A stretch of DNA of 64,000 nt from Bacillota bacterium (lineage in GTDB: Bacteria; Bacillota; DULZ01). The notes beneath the pieces are model-generated. The model did no database searches. It was not told the DNA's origin and saw nothing but the letters and a program-made list of their open reading frames with translations. Positions 9,316-18,543 of this stretch are shown here, in pieces (position 1 is the stretch's first letter; each line of letters begins with the position of its first letter). A program made the translations under genes and the position numbers. Where the stretch lies: positions 5,986-69,985 of the forward strand of contig JBMNIZ010000008.1 of the NCBI GenBank assembly GCA_050951405.1, in the 5' to 3' direction.

Positions 9316-9884
9316 CGCTTTTCACCTCCCGCAGCGCGAACCCTTTCAAAAATACGTTTAACCGCCTTCTGTCCCCCGCTTCTCTTCGGCAGAGGATGAA
9401 CTTTGCCGTTCAGCAAAAGAGGCGGCCCCAAGAGCACATCTTTAAATAATTGCCCTGACTTTAAATTAAAAAAAGCAATCAGCAAAGCTTCCTGTACCCG
9501 CCCGAAATTTTCCACCAGACTTAAAAAGGTGTCGCTGAAGATATCTACGGTTTTTACAGGTACTTTGCCTCGCCTTTTCGCTTCCATCCGCAGGGTCTCC
9601 ATCAGCTTAGGAATATCAATTCCTTTTGGGCAGCGAGCATAACAAGTGGCACAGTGGGCACAAACCCAAATGGATTTCGCTCCCAGTGCCTTTTCTCCCA
9701 GCCCCAACTGCAGCATCCGAATCACCTGATGTGGCGTGTAGTCCATGGCTGCAGACAGAGGGCATCCGGCAGAACACTTGCCGCACTGATAGCAATCCTG
9801 GACATTGACCCCACTGTCTAAACGGACCAGCTCCTTGAAACTCCGGCCCGCAGTTAAAGTGGAAGCAAGTTCCAAGTTTTCCAT
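9312..9884 (-). CDS. hdrC: hdrC (heterodisulfide reductase subunit C, two 4Fe-4S motifs)
   Basis: 190 aa; CYQCGKCSAGCP and CAHCATCYARCP. Confidence 0.85.
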   Translation of the reverse strand: MENLELASTLTAGRSFKELVRLDSGVNVQDCYQCGKCSAGCPLSAAMDYTPHQVIRMLQLGLGEKALGAKSIWVCAHCATCYARCPKGIDIPKLMETLRMEAKRRGKVPVKTVDIFSDTFLSLVENFGRVQEALLIAFFNLKSGQLFKDVLLGPPLLLNGKVHPLPKRSGGQKAVKRIFERVRAAGGEKR

Positions 9885-10111
9885 ACAATCCCCCTCTTTA
9901 CAGCAAAATAAAAGCCATTTGTAAGAAAAAGCGCAAGCTCCTTAAAAAAAATGAAAAAGCCGCCCGGCAATTTTATATATTCGTTAACCTAAGCGAAATT
10001 CCTGCCCCGTCGCATCAAATTTCGCAAAAATACCGCATCTGGATACATCTTCCTTGCTTTCCTTACTTTCAGACAGATCGGGTATATCCGACTAACTCGA
10101 ATGAAGTATAT

Positions 10112-11182
10112 ATGAAAAGACAGATGCCTTTGTCTACAGGAACAAATTGCGGAAGGGGAACCATCGATGCTCTTTCCTTTCTTATCCGGTACCGGCGGAC
10201 TGATCCTTTTCTTTTGCCGGCATGCGCTGGATCAAAAAAGGACTGGACCAGGGCCGGCCGGAGGGGACTGGAAACCGCCATCAGCCTCTACTCACCGCCA
10301 CTCCCCTAGTGGCCACCCTGACCGGTACCGTCATCACCATGCTCTTCCAGAGCAGCAGCGCCGTCACCGTCCTCACCGTGGGTCTGGTCAACTCCGGCCT
10401 CATGACTTTTGTCCAGGGGCTGGGCATCGTCCTGGGCACCAACATCGGCACGACCTTTACCGTCCAGCTGCTGGCTTTTGAGTTCGACTCTCCTGGCACC
10501 CTGGCTGCTGGTGGGCGGGCTTCTGTTACGCAGCATGGTTTACACCGGAATGACCTCTGGCAGGGCAGTAGGGAGAAACCCTCTCCGGCCTGGGACTGGT
10601 CTTTTGCGGCCTCCACCTGTTTCGTCTCTCTTTTGCACCCTCTGCAAAGCCAGCCCTCTTTTCCTGGGCTGGCTCTCTTCTCTGGGAGACAACTACTCTA
10701 TGGCCCTGGTGACCGGCCTAATGGCCACTGCCCTGCTCCAGTCCAGCACCGCCGTCACCGCCGTCACCATCGTCCTGGGCAGCCAGGGGCACCTGACCAC
10801 TGGAGACCGCTATCGCCCTCATGCTGGGATCAAATATCGGCACCTGCTCCACGGCCCTTCTTGCTTCTTTTAACGCAGCTGCCTGGAGGCCCGCCGCATC
10901 GCCATGGCCCACGTAGTCCTCAACGTCCTGGGAGCCATCATCTTCTTTCCCCTGATCGATTTCTTTGCGGACTGCCTGCGATACCTTTCCCCTCTCCTGC
11001 CCCGCCAAATCGCCCACGGCCATACCCTGTTCAACCTGTCATTTCCTCTCTCCTGGTCCTACCCTTTCTTACCCTGCTTTCGCCCGCCTCATCATCTTTT
11101 TGGTACCGGACAAAAAATAATGGCTGCCGGAATGGCCAGCCCCGTCGTGAGTTATTTTCATAGTAGACCCCCATGCCGCTAG
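10112..11182 (+). pseudogene. Na+/phosphate cotransporter (NptA / Na_Pi_cotrans family), split across three frames
   Basis: Fragments MLFQSSSAVTVLTVGLVNSGLMTFVQGLGIVLGTNIGTTFTVQLLAFE, LLQSSTAVTAVTIVLGSQG and HVVLNVLGAIIFFPLIDFFADCL lie in different frames. The 313-aa ORF has a Pro/Arg-rich out-of-frame tail. Confidence 0.55.
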
Positions 11183-11446
11183 CGCGGCACCAGCAGAGCA
11201 TGAAAAACATCCAGGGAGGGGTGGTTATTCCGGCGCAGAGCGACCTTGAGCCGAGCGGCTAACCAAGGTTAGCGAGGCCGAGGGCGGAGGCGGGCCCGAG
11301 GACAGGACGTCCGAGGCCGACCATTGAGGCAAGGATGCCGAATTGGTCGGGAAGCCCGCCGGAGCCAGAGGAAGAGCGCTACCTTGGTCCGCGAGGATCA
11401 CCGGGAGCGGCTGCCGGAATGACCAGCCCCGTCACGAGTTATTTTC
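11117..11446. repeat. Two ~40-bp direct repeats (11117-11158 and 11407-11446, 37/40 identical: GGCTGCCGGAATGRCCAGCCCCGTCRTGAGTTATTTTCA) bracketing a ~250-bp GC-rich segment
   Basis: Direct repeat read from the sequence; the intervening DNA is >65% GC with repeated CCGAGG/GAGGC motifs and small hairpins (GCTAACC-aagg-TTAGC). Confidence 0.6.
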
Positions 11447-11502
11447 AAAGCAGTAACATTTCCTGCAGTCCCATTACGCACAATTTAACCAAAACAGCCA
11501 CT

Positions 11503-12216
11503 TTAAAAAACCACCCGCTGATTGTGCGTATATACATTTAACCGGCCTCCCCGAACGGAACCAACCAGGGTCACTCCCAATTCTTCACCAAGCTGGACAG
11601 ACAAATCGCTGGGGGCGGAGCGGGAAGCCAGGACCGGCACTCCCAACTTGGCCGCCTTGACCATGATTTCCGAAGTACAGCCTGCCGGTGGTTAAGAGCA
11701 GCTTATCCGCCAGAGATATGCCGTCCAGAAAACACCGGCCCAGGATCTTATCGGCAGCATTGTGCCTGCCCACATCTTCCCGGAGAAACAAGATTCTTCT
11801 CGCTGGTGCCAAGAGCGGCGCTGTGGGAGCCCCGGGTCCGCCGGTAAAGTTCACCCATTCTCTGCATTTCTTTCATCAAAGCCAAGATTTCTTTCCCTTT
11901 AACCAGAAGAGAAGAAGTTACGGGCCGGCAGTGGGAAGAATCCGCATAATGTAAAAAGAAGTCCCTTTGCCGCAGCCGGTGGTAATATATCTTTTCAGAA
12001 AGGTCCGCCGAGCCAACAGGGAAGTATGATCCGACTGCACCCAGGCCAATCCCTTCTCCCTGTCCAGCTGCACTCGCCGCAAATGGCCCGATCAGCCAAA
12101 AAACCCTCCGCCACCAAAAAACCTACTGCCAGCTCTTCCTGATCCTGGGGAGTGCATAGAAGAGTGACAATTTCTTCTTCGTTAAAATAAATGGTCAGAG
12201 GTCTTTCGGCGATCAC
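11503..12216 (-). pseudogene. fdhD: fdhD (formate dehydrogenase accessory sulfurtransferase), frameshifted into at least three frames
   Basis: Fragments LTIYFNEEEIVTLLCTPQDQEELAVGFLVAEG, EDVGRHNAADKILG and SEIMVKAAKLGVPVLASRSAP...LGVTLVGSVRGGRLNVYTHN. No formate dehydrogenase catalytic gene nearby. Confidence 0.65.
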
Positions 12217-12394
12217 CTCTCCTGCCAGGGTTTCTTTTTTCTGTGGTTTTTTATTCCCATGGTATCGTAGATAACCTTTTCTGTAAGGCTGGACATCTGT
12301 TCCACCTCAAATAAAAATCCTTTATGGCTTTTCTTTCTATTCTAACTTAAAACAAAACAAAAAGACAAATTCATTCCAGTTTATTTAACGAAAA

Positions 12395-12604
12395 ATGCGC
12401 ACAATAAAAAAGCGGCAGCTTGCTAAGGAGGTTCAATCTTTGGCCAAATTAATGTCCGAAGAACTGCGCTGGGAGTTAGCCAAGGAATTAGGCGTGGACC
12501 ACATCGTGGCCACAGAGGGCTGGGGAGGAGTTCCTTCCCGGGAATGTGGAAATCTGGTGCGCAAAGCTATTGAACTAGCGGAGCGAAGCCTGGTGCAACG
12601 ATAG
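12395..12604 (+). CDS. Small acid-soluble spore protein, alpha/beta-type-like (divergent); start may be the TTG at 12431 behind an AAGGAGG RBS
   Basis: 69 aa; EELRWELAKELGV...PSRECGNLVRKAIELAE resembles the SASP core (EIAxEFGV...TSRANGSVGGEITKRLV); followed by a strong terminator. Confidence 0.45.
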   Translation: MRTIKKRQLAKEVQSLAKLMSEELRWELAKELGVDHIVATEGWGGVPSRECGNLVRKAIELAERSLVQR

Positions 12605-12606
12605 CT

Positions 12607-12640
12607 GCCGAAAAAAGGCCGCTTTCCGGCGGCCTTTTCC
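12607..12640. terminator. Bidirectional rho-independent terminator (AAAAAAGGCCGC-tttccg-GCGGCCTTTTCC) shared by the SASP gene (+) and the MCP / fla-che operon end (-)
   Basis: GC-rich 8-bp stem flanked by A-run and T-run. Confidence 0.7.
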
Positions 12641-12679
12641 CATTATTTTCCTTCTGGCGATAGTCTAAAAAAATCTTCT

Positions 12680-14005
12680 TTAATTTTCTGTCTGCATATG
12701 TTTGACCATATCCATTAAATCCTTGGAAAGATTGGACAGCCTGTTGACATATTCCGGTGCTCCAGATAGTTGGCGGCTATTTCCTCCACGGAAGCTGCCA
12801 GCTCCTGGGTGCTTCCTCCGGTTTGGGCGGCAATGTTTTCGATCTGCGCCATATGCTGAGCCACCTGGCGCCGCCGGCCGCCATTTGCTGGGTAGCATAA
12901 GAGACTTGTTGAATTTCCCGGCCACATCCTCAACGGATTTGATTATAGTTTCAAAAGCTCGCCCCGCCTCGGTCACCACTTGGATACCGCCGGCCGCTTC
13001 CTGGGTCCCCTGTTCCATGGATTCCACCGCTTTTTTCGTATCCTGTTGGATCTGCTGGATCATTTCCGCAATCTGCCCAGCCGCCGCTCCGGCCTGCTCA
13101 GCCAATTTTCTCACCTCTTCCGCCACCACGGCAAATCCCCGTCCTTGCTCTCCCGCCCTGGCGGCTTCAATGGCTGCATTCAAAGCCAGCAGATTGGTCT
13201 GCTCAGCAATGCTGGTGATGGTCTCCACGATTTGTCCAATTTCTATGGATCTTTCACCCAAAAGCCCCACCGTTTGAGAAGAACTGTGGACTGCCTTGCT
13301 GATCACCTTCATCTGCTCAATGGACTTGCTGATGGTCACCCCTCCCTGGGAAGCGATCTCCGCCGTCTCCCGCGAAAGATCGGATACGGCACGGGCGTTG
13401 GCCGCTATCTGCTGGATATCTTCAGACATGCGGCTGATAGTGGCAGAAATATCCTCGATACTGCCGGTCTGGTTTTCCATGCCCAGGGCTACCTGCTGAA
13501 TGGTCTGAGCGATTTGCTCAGTAGACTGGGATGATTGCTCCACATCAGCCTGCAAATTTCCGGCCATTTCCGCCACTTCCGCAGCCACCTCTCTGATTTT
13601 CAAAACAAAAGTCCTGAAGTTCTCCACCATCAAGTTAAAACCCCTGGCCAGGTCCAGCAGCTCATCATTGCTTTTACAGGCAGTTTGTACGGTCAAATCC
13701 CCTTTTTCCGCCCTTTTCATGGCCTTAACCACCTGTCCCACCGGGCCGAGAATGACTACGGACATAATGTAACCTACAAAAATAGAAAAAAGAGTGCCTC
13801 CCGTGCCGGCCACCAGAATATTTCTTTGAAAAATCCTGAAAGCCTGGTCAGCATTGCCGTGCCGGGCTGCCTCTTGCAAAAGAACGGCCACCGTGGGAAA
13901 AGTATAGCCGACGGTAGCTATCCAGATGACAACGGTCACTACTGAAAAGATGAGCACCATTTTCACTTTCAGGCTCAAGCGCATCTTTCCACCTCTTTTG
14001 TTCAT
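12680..14005 (-). CDS. Methyl-accepting chemotaxis protein; C-terminal signalling domain disrupted by apparent frameshifts
   Basis: N-terminal TM helices; highly conserved MCP core [35 protein letters not shown]. The C-terminal continuation ([29 protein letters not shown]) lies in another frame (12715..12933). Confidence 0.8.
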   Translation of the reverse strand: MNKRGGKMRLSLKVKMVLIFSVVTVVIWIATVGYTFPTVAVLLQEAARHGNADQAFRIFQRNILVAGTGGTLFSIFVGYIMSVVILGPVGQVVKAMKRAEKGDLTVQTACKSNDELLDLARGFNLMVENFRTFVLKIREVAAEVAEMAGNLQADVEQSSQSTEQIAQTIQQVALGMENQTGSIEDISATISRMSEDIQQIAANARAVSDLSRETAEIASQGGVTISKSIEQMKVISKAVHSSSQTVGLLGERSIEIGQIVETITSIAEQTNLLALNAAIEAARAGEQGRGFAVVAEEVRKLAEQAGAAAGQIAEMIQQIQQDTKKAVESMEQGTQEAAGGIQVVTEAGRAFETIIKSVEDVAGKFNKSLMLPSKWRPAAPGGSAYGADRKHCRPNRRKHPGAGSFRGGNSRQLSGAPEYVNRLSNLSKDLMDMVKHMQTEN

Positions 14006-15075
14006 TTCTTCAGGTTGGTGATCCTTTCCACCGGACTTTCAATACTGGTAATCTTCACCCCAAAATTTTCACTGATCACCACCACTTCTCCTCTAGCGAT
14101 GGGAGTGCCGTTGACTAGAATATCCACCGGCTCCTCCGCCAGTTTCTCCAGCTCCACAATACTGCCGGGGGTAAAGTTCAGCACTTCTTTAATGGGCTTC
14201 TTTGTTTTGCCCAGGACAACCGACACTTTTAGTGGCACATCCAGGATCAAATCCAGATTCCGGGGTTTAATTCCTTCCGGCAATTCGGGCAATTCTTCTG
14301 CTGCCGGGGACAGCCCGGAATCAGGCCTGGTCTCAACCCCGGGGGAAAGCTCCTCGTTGGAAGCCGGTGCCGCCGACTGCTGGGGGACAGGCTCCTCTTC
14401 AATATTGTTCGTACCCAAAAGAAGGCCTGCTTCCTTTTTGGCCACCTCGATGGGAAGTACCTGCATAATTGAGCTGTCAAGCATAGTGCCTATTTCCATT
14501 TTAAAAGATACCACCACCAAGGCATTATCCACAGTCCAAGGGAAATCCATCTCTCCCTGAACATTGACTGCTTGAATTTTCGGGGTGGAAATCATCACTT
14601 TCGTATTAAACAGGCTGGACATGGAAGTAGCGGCAGAACCCATCATCTGGTTCATGGCTTCCGCCACGGCGCTGGAGTGCAGCTCGGTAATCTCCGCCGG
14701 TAAATTGGTGCCATCACCCCCCATCATCAAATCGGCAATGATCATGGCATCAGACACTTTCAGCACCAACAAGTTACTTCCCTGTAACCCCTCAATAAAG
14801 CCCACTTCAATGATCATCAGGGGCACTTTAAAACTGTCAATCAGCTCCTGGGGGGTCATAATCCGAACCCAGGGCGTGGTAATGCTCACCCTTTGATTTA
14901 AAAGCTGAGAAAGAGCAGTGGCAGCACTGCCCATAGAGATATTGCCTATTTCCCCGAGGGCGTCCTTTTCCATTTCATTCAGGTTAGCTGATGCCCCTCC
15001 GTCCGGTGCCAAATCGCCTCCATCCTGCCCTACCAAAAGAGCATCGATTTCTTCTTGTGACAAAAACCCGCTCAA
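14002..15075 (-). CDS. fliY: Flagellar motor switch phosphatase FliY (CheC-like N-terminal domains + FliN/SpoA C-terminal domain)
   Basis: 357 aa; C-terminus [46 protein letters not shown]. Confidence 0.9.
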   Translation of the reverse strand: MSGFLSQEEIDALLVGQDGGDLAPDGGASANLNEMEKDALGEIGNISMGSAATALSQLLNQRVSITTPWVRIMTPQELIDSFKVPLMIIEVGFIEGLQGSNLLVLKVSDAMIIADLMMGGDGTNLPAEITELHSSAVAEAMNQMMGSAATSMSSLFNTKVMISTPKIQAVNVQGEMDFPWTVDNALVVVSFKMEIGTMLDSSIMQVLPIEVAKKEAGLLLGTNNIEEEPVPQQSAAPASNEELSPGVETRPDSGLSPAAEELPELPEGIKPRNLDLILDVPLKVSVVLGKTKKPIKEVLNFTPGSIVELEKLAEEPVDILVNGTPIARGEVVVISENFGVKITSIESPVERITNLKK

Positions 15076-16085
15076 CTCTCCCCACCTCTTTCCAGCATAC
15101 CGGTTACCTGTACAGCCAGTTTTTCCTGATAAATTCCCGGCTGCACCCGAAATTTAGGTTTATCTTCCACTGCCAGGATCATATCCTGTCCGATTTTGCT
15201 ATCCAGGGCGACTATATCTCCCACCTGGAGCCCCAAAAATTCCCTGATGGTTAACTCAGTCTCTCCTCCCAAGGCTGTCAGGGTTACCGGAGTTCTACCC
15301 AAAGCCTCCTCCACCAATTTATGGTAGTTTTCATAAGTGTCCTGAGTGGAGGAGAACCAATGACGAGCAGAGAGTTTGGAAATCACCGGTCCCAAAGTCA
15401 AAAAAGGCAAGCAGATGTTCATCATCCCTTGATGCCCGTTAATGTCGGTAGAAAAAGTAACTACGGCTACTATTTCATTGGGTGAAATAAGCCGATTCAG
15501 CTGGGGATTGGTTTCTATCCCCTGGATAGTTGTGGAAATCTGGTAAACATCACTCCAAACGTAATTCAGATTCTCCAACAGTCTCCCATATAAATGTTTC
15601 AGCACATTGGCCTCAATATCCGTTAATTCCCGCACCTTCTCCGGCATGGTGCCGGGCCCCCCGAAAAGTAGGTCGATCAAGGGAAAAACAAAATTGGCGT
15701 TGGTTTCCAGGACCGCCGAACCGGAGAGGGGCTCCATACTAAAAATGGCCATCAAGGTAGGGGTAGGAATGGATACGATAAAATCCTCAAAGGTCAATTG
15801 ATCCACGGAAAGAATCTTGATCTGAACATTGGTCCGCAAATAAACCGAAAGAGAATTGGCCACCAGCCGGGCGAAGTTTTCATGCATCAGGTAAATAGTC
15901 CGCATCTGATCCTTGGAAAACTTATTCGGCCGGCGAAAATCGTAAACCTTGGTTTTAACCTGTTCTGCCTCTCGGCGCATCTCCTCCGTATTCAGCTGCC
16001 CGGAAGTCAAAGCCTTTAAAAGCATATCAATTTCTGATTGAGACAATACTTCTTCCGCCACGAAGTCACCATCCTTCCCCGCCAT
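15072..16085 (-). CDS. fliM: Flagellar motor switch protein FliM
   Basis: 337 aa; N-terminal EVLSQSEIDMLLKAL CheY-binding motif. Confidence 0.9.
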   Translation of the reverse strand: MAGKDGDFVAEEVLSQSEIDMLLKALTSGQLNTEEMRREAEQVKTKVYDFRRPNKFSKDQMRTIYLMHENFARLVANSLSVYLRTNVQIKILSVDQLTFEDFIVSIPTPTLMAIFSMEPLSGSAVLETNANFVFPLIDLLFGGPGTMPEKVRELTDIEANVLKHLYGRLLENLNYVWSDVYQISTTIQGIETNPQLNRLISPNEIVAVVTFSTDINGHQGMMNICLPFLTLGPVISKLSARHWFSSTQDTYENYHKLVEEALGRTPVTLTALGGETELTIREFLGLQVGDIVALDSKIGQDMILAVEDKPKFRVQPGIYQEKLAVQVTGMLERGGES

Positions 16086-16104
16086 CCCAAAGCCTTTAGA
16101 CTAA

Positions 16105-16467
16105 TCAAGACAGGGCCTTTTCCACCGCTTGAATAACCCTTTCCTGCTGAAAAGGCTTGACAATAAAATCCCTGGCTCCCGCCTGAATGGCCTCCATCAC
16201 CATCATCTGCTGTCCCATGGCACTGCACATGATAATTTTGGCTTCCGGATCAATCTGGCGGATAGCCTTTACTGCCGAAATTCCGTCCATTTCCGGCATG
16301 GTAATATCCATGGTGACCAAATCAGGCTTTAACTCTTTATACAAGTTCACAGCCACCGTGCCGTTTTCCGCCTCTCCAGCCACCTCAAAGCCATGTTTGG
16401 TGAGAATATCACGGATCATCATGCGCATGAACGCAGCATCATCCACAATCAAAATCCTTTTTCCCAT
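16105..16467 (-). CDS. cheY: Chemotaxis response regulator CheY
   Basis: 120 aa single receiver domain; ILIVDDAAFMR...DITMPEMDG...KP. Confidence 0.9.
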   Translation of the reverse strand: MGKRILIVDDAAFMRMMIRDILTKHGFEVAGEAENGTVAVNLYKELKPDLVTMDITMPEMDGISAVKAIRQIDPEAKIIMCSAMGQQMMVMEAIQAGARDFIVKPFQQERVIQAVEKALS

Positions 16468-16481
16468 CCCTGCTACCTCCT

Positions 16482-17099
16482 CTATACATTTAATCCCAGT
16501 GCCTGAAAAATTTTATCCAGGGAACCTACCTCGGGCACCAGAAAAAAATGCCCATTGATGCTTACATCCTCCTCATAAAACTCCGTTTCAATGATCAAGG
16601 CCCGATCTTCGAAATATCCCCTTTCGAAAAAGGCTGTGCTCAAAACGGCCCCCAACATATCAAAGGCAAAAGCAGGCACTGAAGGTATAAAATTGATTTG
16701 AGTAAACTCAGAAAAAGCGGTCAAAAAGGAGCCGGTTAAGATATTGCCCACTTCTTTCAGGGTGGATTCTCCGATAGGATCCAGGGTCCCTTGGGACTCG
16801 CCCTCCCCACCCAAAAGCATCTGCAAGAGGCGAAAAGCGCTTTCTTCATCAACGATGAAGAGAATCACGCTGGGAGCCTCTCCGCTGACATGAAAATTAA
16901 CGCAGGCCACCCTGTCTTCTTCCTGTCCCACCAGCTGAAAAATCTCCTGAAAGTGAAGGATGCCCGCTTTGGGAATGGACATCCCCACTTTTTTGTTAAT
17001 CAATGAGGCTAAAGAGGTGGCCGCATTGCCTGCTCCAATATTACCGATTTCCTTTAACACATCCAATTGAAAACCTGTCAAATTATCCCAGCTGCTCAT
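16482..17099 (-). CDS. cheC: CheY-P phosphatase CheC
   Basis: 205 aa; DVLKEIGNIGAGNAATSLASL and TLKEVGNILTGSFLTAF duplicated CheC motifs. Confidence 0.85.
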   Translation of the reverse strand: MSSWDNLTGFQLDVLKEIGNIGAGNAATSLASLINKKVGMSIPKAGILHFQEIFQLVGQEEDRVACVNFHVSGEAPSVILFIVDEESAFRLLQMLLGGEGESQGTLDPIGESTLKEVGNILTGSFLTAFSEFTQINFIPSVPAFAFDMLGAVLSTAFFERGYFEDRALIIETEFYEEDVSINGHFFLVPEVGSLDKIFQALGLNV

Positions 17100-17150
17100 G
17101 GCACCGCTCCTTCAGGGAAGTTTTTTATCTGTCAGCTCTTTGCCTCCCGC

Positions 17151-17930
17151 TCACTTTTTCGTATCGGCGCGCCGATAAAACCAGGGGGAGATTTTTTCGT
17201 AGCCCAAGTCACGGTAACGCAACATATTCTCGGTGGCCCCGATAAACAGCACTCCTCCCGGGTTCAAAGCTTCGAAAAACTTCCGATACAAAAGATTCTG
17301 CGCCTCCATGGTGAAATAAATGGTCACATTGCGACAGACAATCAGATCATAATTTCTCCCGTACGGATCCTGCAGCAGATCATGGTATCGAAATACAACC
17401 CGGTCTCTAATCTGAGGATTGATGACATAGCCCTTACCCTCCGGCTGAAAAAATCTCTTCAGCCTGTCCCGGGATACATTTTTGAGAAACCTGGCTTCAT
17501 AATATCCCCTCCGAGCCTCTTGGAGTATCTTCCGGTCGATGTCAGTGGCTTCGATAACATGTTTCATCCCCGGGCCCAGTTCTTCTAAAATAATGGCCAG
17601 GGAATAAGGCTCCGCTCCGTTGGCACAGGCAGCGCTCCACACTTTAAGGCGCGGCTTGTCCCGGAGCAAAACCGGTAGAATCTCCGTTTCCAGAATTTCG
17701 AAAATCTCCGGATTACGAAAAAACTCGGAAACGTTGATGGTAACTTTATCCAGAAAGCGCGCCAGTTCCTCTTCATTCTCCACCAGCAGGCGCAGATACC
17801 GGCCGTAATCCTGGCACTGCCGGCCTTGCATCAAGCTATCTATTCGACGTTTCAGCTGTTTCTCCTTGTAACCTTCCAGATTTAAGCCAAATTGCCTGTA
17901 AACCCCTTTCTTAAACTCCAAAAAATCCAT
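17151..17930 (-). CDS. cheR: Chemotaxis protein methyltransferase CheR
   Basis: 259 aa; SAM-MTase motif VWSAACANGAEPYSLAI. Confidence 0.9.
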   Translation of the reverse strand: MDFLEFKKGVYRQFGLNLEGYKEKQLKRRIDSLMQGRQCQDYGRYLRLLVENEEELARFLDKVTINVSEFFRNPEIFEILETEILPVLLRDKPRLKVWSAACANGAEPYSLAIILEELGPGMKHVIEATDIDRKILQEARRGYYEARFLKNVSRDRLKRFFQPEGKGYVINPQIRDRVVFRYHDLLQDPYGRNYDLIVCRNVTIYFTMEAQNLLYRKFFEALNPGGVLFIGATENMLRYRDLGYEKISPWFYRRADTKK

Positions 17931-17943
17931 AAGCCCTCCGGTT

Positions 17944-18447
17944 CTAGATGGTAATCAACGGTCTCGCTATGCTTCTTATGTATACATCACCGCTTGACAG
18001 ATCAAAAATCATGGTGCGCCCGTAGTTTCTACCGGTATGCCGGCCTTTGAGAGGAATATTTAAAGACCGCAGTACCTGGATGGTCATTTCCACATTTCGC
18101 TGGCCGATATTGAGAGTGCTGATGCTCTTGTCGGGAAAACTGAACATCTGGGCTCCTCCGGCGATCTTGGCGGTGATGGCGTTTCTTCGGGCGCCCCGCC
18201 GCAGCATTTCTGCCAACATATCCGGTATAGCCAAATCCGCATATTTAGCCGGCTTGGATTTGTCGGAAAACTGCCTGCTGTCGGGGAGCATGATATGAGC
18301 CAGGCCCCCTATTTTTTCATAGGGATCCCACAAAGCTATTCCCACACAGGAACCCAATCCCAGGGTAATCATGCGCATCGGTTCCCTGGCCACCTTCCAA
18401 TCGGCAATACCCACCTTGATCTCCTCGATAGTCTTATCAGCTGACAT
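17944..18447 (-). CDS. cheD: Chemoreceptor glutamine deamidase CheD (start taken at internal ATG, MSADKTIEEIKVG)
   Basis: ITLGLGSCVGIALWDPYEKIGGLAHIMLP CheD signature. Confidence 0.85.
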   Translation of the reverse strand: MSADKTIEEIKVGIADWKVAREPMRMITLGLGSCVGIALWDPYEKIGGLAHIMLPDSRQFSDKSKPAKYADLAIPDMLAEMLRRGARRNAITAKIAGGAQMFSFPDKSISTLNIGQRNVEMTIQVLRSLNIPLKGRHTGRNYGRTMIFDLSSGDVYIRSIARPLITI

Positions 18448-18543
18448 TGATGCGTATCCTCCGCACAAGCTATTCTTCCTTTCCCACTCCTGCCTGCCCG
18501 GGCTGTTGGAGGGCCCGGGCATCTGTGCTAAGATAAAATGTTA

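Noticed and set aside
10118-10132. CCTTTGTCTACAGG resembling the IS terminal 12-mer (CTTTGTCTACAG)
   Set aside because: Match does not extend beyond 12 nt; judged coincidental rather than a solo IS end
10222-11163. 313-aa ORF taken as one intact protein
   Set aside because: Only its first ~90 codons match the Na/Pi cotransporter family; the rest is a Pro/Arg-rich out-of-frame read of the same gene whose real continuation is in two other frames
11117-11446. Direct repeats as a CRISPR array
   Set aside because: Only two repeat copies, 40 bp with a 250-bp spacer, one copy is coding sequence; no cas genes
12980-13534. 184-aa and other plus-strand ORFs inside the MCP gene
   Set aside because: Antisense of the highly conserved MCP signalling domain
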